From the IMG/VR virus record IMGVR_UViG_3300046490_000092, positions 1 to 39,449 of that record: a DNA stretch of 39,449 nt. One strand, 5' to 3'. Positions within the stretch are counted from its first letter, which is position 1. Every line of letters starts with the position of its first letter. The stretch comes from a virus. Lineage: Duplodnaviria > Caudoviricetes. The notes under the pieces were generated by a model. It searched no databases. It was not told the origin of the DNA and worked only from the letters and a program-made list of their open reading frames with translations. Both the position numbers and the translations under genes were made by a program. Shown here in pieces: positions 35,464 through 39,449 of the stretch.

Positions 35464-35536
35464 CCGAGAGCCGGGCTGCCTGGTTCCCCCTCCAGGTGGT
35501 GCGAGTTCGCCTTCTCGCCTTCAGCCCAGCCCTCGG
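35464..35536 (-). ncRNA. intergenic three-way-junction RNA element
   Basis: 15-bp P1 CCGAGGGCUGGGCUG/CAGCCCGGCUCUCGG enclosing GCGAG-AAGGCGAA-CUCGC and CCUGG-AGGGGGAA-CCAGG. Confidence 0.6.
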
Positions 35537-35543
35537 GTCTAGA

Positions 35544-36059
35544 TCACTCCTCCCACTCCAGGTCGAGCGTGAAGAGGTGGGACGGAGGGAGCGCGTTGCC
35601 GATGTTGACGAAGGCCAGAGCGTTGGCGGCACCCTGGTCGCAGATCAGTTCCTCCATGAACTCGTGCGGGATGTCCAGACCCGTCTGGGTGTTGAAGGAG
35701 GGCAGCTTCCGGAGGGCCGTCGCGCCGATGGTCGGACCGGTGGTACCGGCCGCAGCCGCCGTGGTGATGTCCAGGCCGGTGACGGCGGTACCGGCGCCGC
35801 GCGGGTCCATGTTGGCGCCCGTGACGGTGGAGAAGCCGGTACCGACCACGCGGACCGTCTGCCGGTAGATCGCCACGGTCATCTGCTGCGAGGTGGGGAC
35901 CGTGGCACCGGCCCGCACGCCGAGGAAGATGCGCCGGAGCTTGTAGTTGGCGGTGCCGCCCGCGACCAGGGCCGCGAAGTAGCCGTTGAAGGTGACACCC
36001 GACGGGACGCCAGCGGGCTGAGCCGCCTGCGACTCGACGGTGGCGACGAAACGACTCAT
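35544..36059 (-). CDS. abundant virion-type beta-sandwich protein ending LEWEE
   Basis: ATG 36059 with RBS AAGGAG; Ala/Gly/Thr-rich, capsid-like high GC3. Confidence 0.8.
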   Translation of the reverse strand: MSRFVATVESQAAQPAGVPSGVTFNGYFAALVAGGTANYKLRRIFLGVRAGATVPTSQQMTVAIYRQTVRVVGTGFSTVTGANMDPRGAGTAVTGLDITTAAAAGTTGPTIGATALRKLPSFNTQTGLDIPHEFMEELICDQGAANALAFVNIGNALPPSHLFTLDLEWEE

Positions 36060-36076
36060 GGTCGCGTTCTCCTTGA

Positions 36077-36277
36077 TCAGGCGGTCTGGTCGCCGCCGGG
36101 GTTGACTGCGTTGCCGGTGTAGGGGGTCTCGGTGAACAGATAGTCGACGACCATCCGGTTGGTGCTGCCGACGCTCAGGTACTGACCGTATCGGCCGGGG
36201 TTGGATGTGGCGAACTGGGCTGCCGCTGCGTCGACCTGGTCGAGCAGGTCCATCGCCTGTTGGAGGGTGTAGGTCAT
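36077..36277 (-). CDS. hypothetical protein (66 aa)
   Basis: ORF track; RBS GAGGAG; operon orientation. Confidence 0.65.
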   Translation of the reverse strand: MTYTLQQAMDLLDQVDAAAAQFATSNPGRYGQYLSVGSTNRMVVDYLFTETPYTGNAVNPGGDQTA

Positions 36278-36280
36278 CGG

Positions 36281-36559
36281 TTACTCCTCGTTGTCGTCGG
36301 GCTTGGGAACCTCGGGTGCCCGCGACGACTTCGGAACGTGGGGGATCTCGTCGAACAGGTACCCGACGTGCATGGCCGCTGTCAGGAGGTGGTGTCGAGC
36401 CGCCGCGACCCTGCCGGGGCTGTAGGGGTCGTGGGCGCCGTCCGGGCCGCCGTCGGTGAACGGTTCGATCTCGTTGTAGACGCGAGTGAGGAGGCCCAGC
36501 AGCTCTTCCTTGGTGCTGTTCAGGCTGTCGATGATGTCCTGACGCTTCTGACGGCTCAT
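36281..36559 (-). CDS. hypothetical protein (92 aa)
   Basis: ORF track; TGATG overlap with TerS. Confidence 0.65.
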   Translation of the reverse strand: MSRQKRQDIIDSLNSTKEELLGLLTRVYNEIEPFTDGGPDGAHDPYSPGRVAAARHHLLTAAMHVGYLFDEIPHVPKSSRAPEVPKPDDNEE

Positions 36560-37359
36560 CAGTTGATCTCCTCAAGCACGATCACGGGGGTGGGGTCGTC
36601 GTCGGCGGTGAGCTTCTCCAGGACGGCAGCCAGGAGACTACGCAGGAGTTCGACGTCACGGTCGTTGAGGGTCGGGACGCGTCGGCTGAACTCGATGACG
36701 GCCTCGGTGAGACCGGTCGCGAGCTTGTTGCCGCGGATCTCGTCCATGCGGACGCGTCGCTCTTCGATCCCCAGCCGGGCCATGTCGACAAGCGACGACC
36801 GCAGGTGGTGGATGAGGCGTTCCCAGAGGACGACTTCAGCGCGGAGCTGCTCGCCGCCTGCTGCGGTCTGGACCCCAACGGAACTCAGGTCGTTGACGCG
36901 CTTCCCGGCCGCGTGGAAGGCGTTCCGGAGGATGCCGACCATCTTGGCGAACTCAGCGGCGACGTCGTCGACGGGCTTGGCCGTGGGGTCGTGGAGCATT
37001 TGCAGAATGCGCAGATCCGCGGTCTGCTTGGCTTCGAGTTCGGCGTTGCGACCCCCGGCGCGACGGGCCGTGGGATCGTCGTGGTGGGCGCAGTACCGGG
37101 ATCCGCGGCCGGGGTCGAGCTTGCAAGGCCGCTGCAGGTAGTGGCCGGGCTGGTCCGGGTCGGGGATCTTGTCGTCGTTGGCGTCGAGCTGCAGCGCGTG
37201 GCCCTGGCATTTCAGGGCGGGGTGCGTCTGTCCACACCGGACGCAATCCCAGGGCTCCAACGCGCGGATGTGCTGCGGGAGGCTGGGATTCTTGGTGCGC
37301 CGCTTCTGGCCCTCGATCTCGGAGCGCTGGCGGGGTGTGATGATCGGATCGTCTGACAC
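36559..37359 (-). CDS. putative terminase small subunit
   Basis: CVRCGQTH..KCQGH, PC...RYCAHH Zn/HGG-like region and RAEVVLWER...MARLGIEERRV motif of actinophage TerS; first gene of the late operon. Confidence 0.7.
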   Translation of the reverse strand: MSDDPIITPRQRSEIEGQKRRTKNPSLPQHIRALEPWDCVRCGQTHPALKCQGHALQLDANDDKIPDPDQPGHYLQRPCKLDPGRGSRYCAHHDDPTARRAGGRNAELEAKQTADLRILQMLHDPTAKPVDDVAAEFAKMVGILRNAFHAAGKRVNDLSSVGVQTAAGGEQLRAEVVLWERLIHHLRSSLVDMARLGIEERRVRMDEIRGNKLATGLTEAVIEFSRRVPTLNDRDVELLRSLLAAVLEKLTADDDPTPVIVLEEIN

Positions 37360-37383
37360 GTTCGTGAGATCCTATCTTGGGAT

Positions 37384-37413
37384 ACTCTAGCATGGACGGT
37401 TAGCTGGGCGCAA
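37384..37413 (-). promoter_or_regulatory. late-operon promoter TTGCGC-N18-(TG)-TAGAGT with overlapping ACGGTT/AACCGT inverted repeat
   Basis: Read directly upstream of TerS. Confidence 0.6.
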
Positions 37414-37430
37414 ACCGTTAGGATGGGCTT

Positions 37431-38243
37431 CTAGGTATCGGCTGGAGGCCACAGTAGGTTGATCAAGTCTCCCAGGTTATACAGGGGACGAGGTGGCTTC
37501 ACGGATTCGTCGACTCCGCACGGGGTGATCCGGCCGGTGCTCTTCCAGGTGTAGAATTTGCCCGCGAGCTTGGCAAGGGTGGTCGGCGCTCGCCGGGTGT
37601 CAGCGTTGATGAACGGCAGCAGGACGGCTGCCGCGAGCCTCCCGTGGGCCACTGCCCCGCGCAAGTGGTGCTTCAGTACGTCACGCCGCTCGCGGACGTC
37701 ATGGAGGTAGTGACAGCGAGGGCACCGGAAATCCAAACAGCCCGGCGGAGCGTACAACTCCTGATCGCAAGGGCCCTCGGGGCCAATATTGGAGCAGACA
37801 CCGATGTAGAGCTTGGGAAGATCGCTACCTACATCACACAGGGACCAGAACCGATCCGCGGAGCGAACAGCGACGAACCACTCGCGGAACTGCAACGGAG
37901 CGAACCGGAAGGTACCCATGACCTGGATGACGTCGGTGGTGTCGGTGACGTTGAAGCGCTGTAGGAGAAGGGTAACAGTGCGGAGAGCAACCTCCTGACG
38001 AGAGCTCCCACGGCTCTGGGACGTATAGAACGGACGGGAGAGAGAACGCGCGGGCCCCATGTCGATGCGAGAAGACGGGGGGCGAGCGGTGAGCAGCCGC
38101 GAATACTCGACCGTGGAAAGAGCGAACTGGAGTGCAGACAGCGCGACTGCCCGACGGATATATGCTGGACGGCAGTCGGGCAGAGCACACAGATGCGGAA
38201 GGTGCGTGGGGGAAGAGCAGTTGATACATGAGGCGGGAGCCAT
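37431..38243 (-). CDS. Zn-finger + C-terminal HTH DNA-binding protein (candidate late regulator)
   Basis: CINC..LCALPDC, YIGVC..CDQELYA..CPRC, FYTWKSTGRI..PLYNLGDL; start moved to ATG 38243. Confidence 0.75.
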   Translation of the reverse strand: MAPASCINCSSPTHLPHLCALPDCRPAYIRRAVALSALQFALSTVEYSRLLTARPPSSRIDMGPARSLSRPFYTSQSRGSSRQEVALRTVTLLLQRFNVTDTTDVIQVMGTFRFAPLQFREWFVAVRSADRFWSLCDVGSDLPKLYIGVCSNIGPEGPCDQELYAPPGCLDFRCPRCHYLHDVRERRDVLKHHLRGAVAHGRLAAAVLLPFINADTRRAPTTLAKLAGKFYTWKSTGRITPCGVDESVKPPRPLYNLGDLINLLWPPADT

Positions 38244-38249
38244 GGATGG

Positions 38250-38279
38250 AGAGTAGCAGGCAGAGAGAATGATTGGCAA
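38250..38279 (-). promoter_or_regulatory. promoter TTGCCA-N18-(TG)-TACTCT, leaderless
   Basis: ATG 38243 lies 6 nt below the -10; no SD. Confidence 0.65.
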
Positions 38280-38391
38280 GCGACTTGACTGTGAGGCAAT
38301 ATTTGGAATGTCAATATGGATTCCGTAAGAGAAAAAAGCCGCTTCGATATATATGTATATATGCACCGTCACAACAAGTTGTGCACGACCT

Positions 38392-38419
38392 TGTTAAGAG
38401 CAGGTCACCGCTCTTAACA
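38392..38419. repeat. operator-like inverted repeat TGTTAAGAGC-N8-GCTCTTAACA
   Basis: Perfect 10-bp arms just upstream of a -35 box. Confidence 0.7.
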
Positions 38420-38428
38420 CGAGGGGGC

Positions 38429-38457
38429 TTGCCAACCGGGCACGACCATGGTAGACT
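38429..38457 (+). promoter_or_regulatory. early promoter TTGCCA-N17-(TG)-TAGACT
   Basis: Read directly; leader hairpin GGGGCGGG/CCCGCCCC and RBS GAGGGAG follow. Confidence 0.7.
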
Positions 38458-38509
38458 TTTTCTTATGGGGGGCGGGGCGGCCCGCCCCCACCAAGCGAGG
38501 GAGCCCACC

Positions 38510-38971
38510 ATGAACGCGAGCCAGACGACTGCCCCCGTTGCGACCACCCCCCGCTGTGAGTGCGGCCTGTGGGAGGACGCCGAGGGAATCTCCCTCACGG
38601 GGTGCAACCAAAACACCAGCACCAGCAAGAAGACCTTCCTGCCGGGGCACGACGCCAAGCTGAAGGGTGCCCTCATCAAGGCCAAGCACGCGGGGACCTC
38701 CGTGGTGCGGCCCGCCGACGGTGGGGACGTCCGGACGGAGATGTCTCCCGTGGATGCGGCCTCGCGCTTCGGTTTCGCGGCCATGGTCGCCAACGCGACC
38801 CCCCGCGCCAAGAAGGCCGCCGCGCCGGCCCCCGAGGGTATCGCGGAGGTCATCGCGCAGGCCGAGGCTGCGGAGATCGCGGCGGACGAGGCGAAGGCCG
38901 TGGAGGCGGTCCGGAAGGCCACCGCGCCCCGGCCGCGCCGGACCCGCAAGGCCGTCGCCGCCGGTAAGTGA
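38510..38971 (+). CDS. early protein with CxCG...FLPGHDAK module and Ala/Lys/Arg-rich tail
   Basis: Start moved to ATG 38510; very high GC3. Confidence 0.8.
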   Translation: MNASQTTAPVATTPRCECGLWEDAEGISLTGCNQNTSTSKKTFLPGHDAKLKGALIKAKHAGTSVVRPADGGDVRTEMSPVDAASRFGFAAMVANATPRAKKAAAPAPEGIAEVIAQAEAAEIAADEAKAVEAVRKATAPRPRRTRKAVAAGK

Positions 38972-38977
38972 GCCCCA

Positions 38978-39014
38978 CCGAGCGCCCGGGGCCGATTGGT
39001 CCCGGGTCGCTCGG
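38978..39014 (+). terminator. hairpin terminator
   Basis: CCGAGCG-CCCGGGGCC-gatt-GGTCCCGGG-T-CGCTCGG right after the stop. Confidence 0.6.
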
Positions 39015-39036
39015 GCGCTCGCTGTTTCACGTGAAA

Positions 39037-39077
39037 CTTAACGCGCGCGTGCATGTTAAGTCAACGCCTCTTAACAT
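39037..39077. repeat. CTTAAC/GTTAAG operator-like array
   Basis: CTTAAC 39037, ATGTTAAG 39053, CTTAACAT 39070, upstream of a consensus promoter. Confidence 0.65.
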
Positions 39078-39084
39078 TGAATAC

Positions 39085-39113
39085 TTGACAGCCGGGCAAT
39101 CCCGTGATAAACT
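39085..39113 (+). promoter_or_regulatory. strong early promoter TTGACA-N17-(TG)-TAAACT
   Basis: Consensus -35, extended -10. Confidence 0.85.
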
Positions 39114-39142
39114 TAGATTAACGACAACGAGGGAGGCCCCAA

Positions 39143-39334
39143 ATGTTCTGGACCATCACCCGCGACGGCCAGCCGGACACCGAGGTCGTGGCGGACAGCG
39201 CCACCGAGGCGCTCCAGGCGGCCGGGATCGTTGCCTGGGATGACGAGCAGGAGGGCCCGGACGGGTCACTCACCGTGTACGCTGATAACAACACGTGGCA
39301 GATGCGCTGGCTGGCGCGCGCCGACCCGGCCTGA
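39143..39334 (+). CDS. small early hypothetical protein (63 aa)
   Basis: RBS GGGAGG; downstream of the promoter. Confidence 0.75.
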   Translation: MFWTITRDGQPDTEVVADSATEALQAAGIVAWDDEQEGPDGSLTVYADNNTWQMRWLARADPA

Positions 39335-39369
39335 CCGTTAAGTTAACATTAAGTCAGATGGAGGCAACC

Positions 39370-39449
39370 ATGAGCAGTCCCGAGATCCGGCGCCAGGCCC
39401 TGCAGGCGCTGCAGCAGATGGATGACGACGAGCTGGTCCGGATGTGTGA
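39370..39449 (+). CDS. early hypothetical protein, truncated by window end
   Basis: RBS GGAGG, MSSPEIRRQALQALQQMDDDELVRMC... Confidence 0.6.
   Translation, partial: MSSPEIRRQALQALQQMDDDELVRMC

Noticed and set aside
35464-35536. Hammerhead ribozyme reading of the three-way junction
   Set aside because: CUGAAGG is partly in the stem and the CUGANGA/GAAA core is not correctly placed.

Overview
The window is a large piece (both ends cut through genes) of a high-GC tailed dsDNA phage genome, most likely a siphovirus of a non-mycolic actinobacterium (Streptomyces-type promoters, actinophage-type lysis and adaptor genes, no lysin B, no integrase in view). Layout: (i) a leftward replication/recombination arm (1-11834: family-A DNA polymerase missing from the ORF track, an iteron-rich putative origin, primase-polymerase/helicase, SSB-like, Sak4-like ATPase, Cas4-like exonuclease, RuvC-like resolvase, XRE HTH); (ii) a rightward block (11929-15748: SNF2-like helicase, a Cys-rich/GHDAK protein, a structured RNA plus a tRNA-like RNA with a 29-nt anticodon-loop insertion, a secreted protein); (iii) a leftward late arm (15834-38243: lysis, tail, head, portal, terminase subunits, Zn/HTH regulator); (iv) a rightward early region with strong promoters and TTAAC operator-like repeats (38390-39449). 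Best leads: a gene module between the terminase subunits (abundant beta-sandwich protein ending WEE, a lectin-tipped Arg/Pro-periodic protein and a small adaptor) that may build a virion filament; the tRNA-like RNA; the CCATATGAC origin array; structured intergenic RNAs, one hiding the TerL ribosome-binding site; and a set of leaderless and mirror-image promoters. All protein calls come from motif recognition by eye; no database searches were run.
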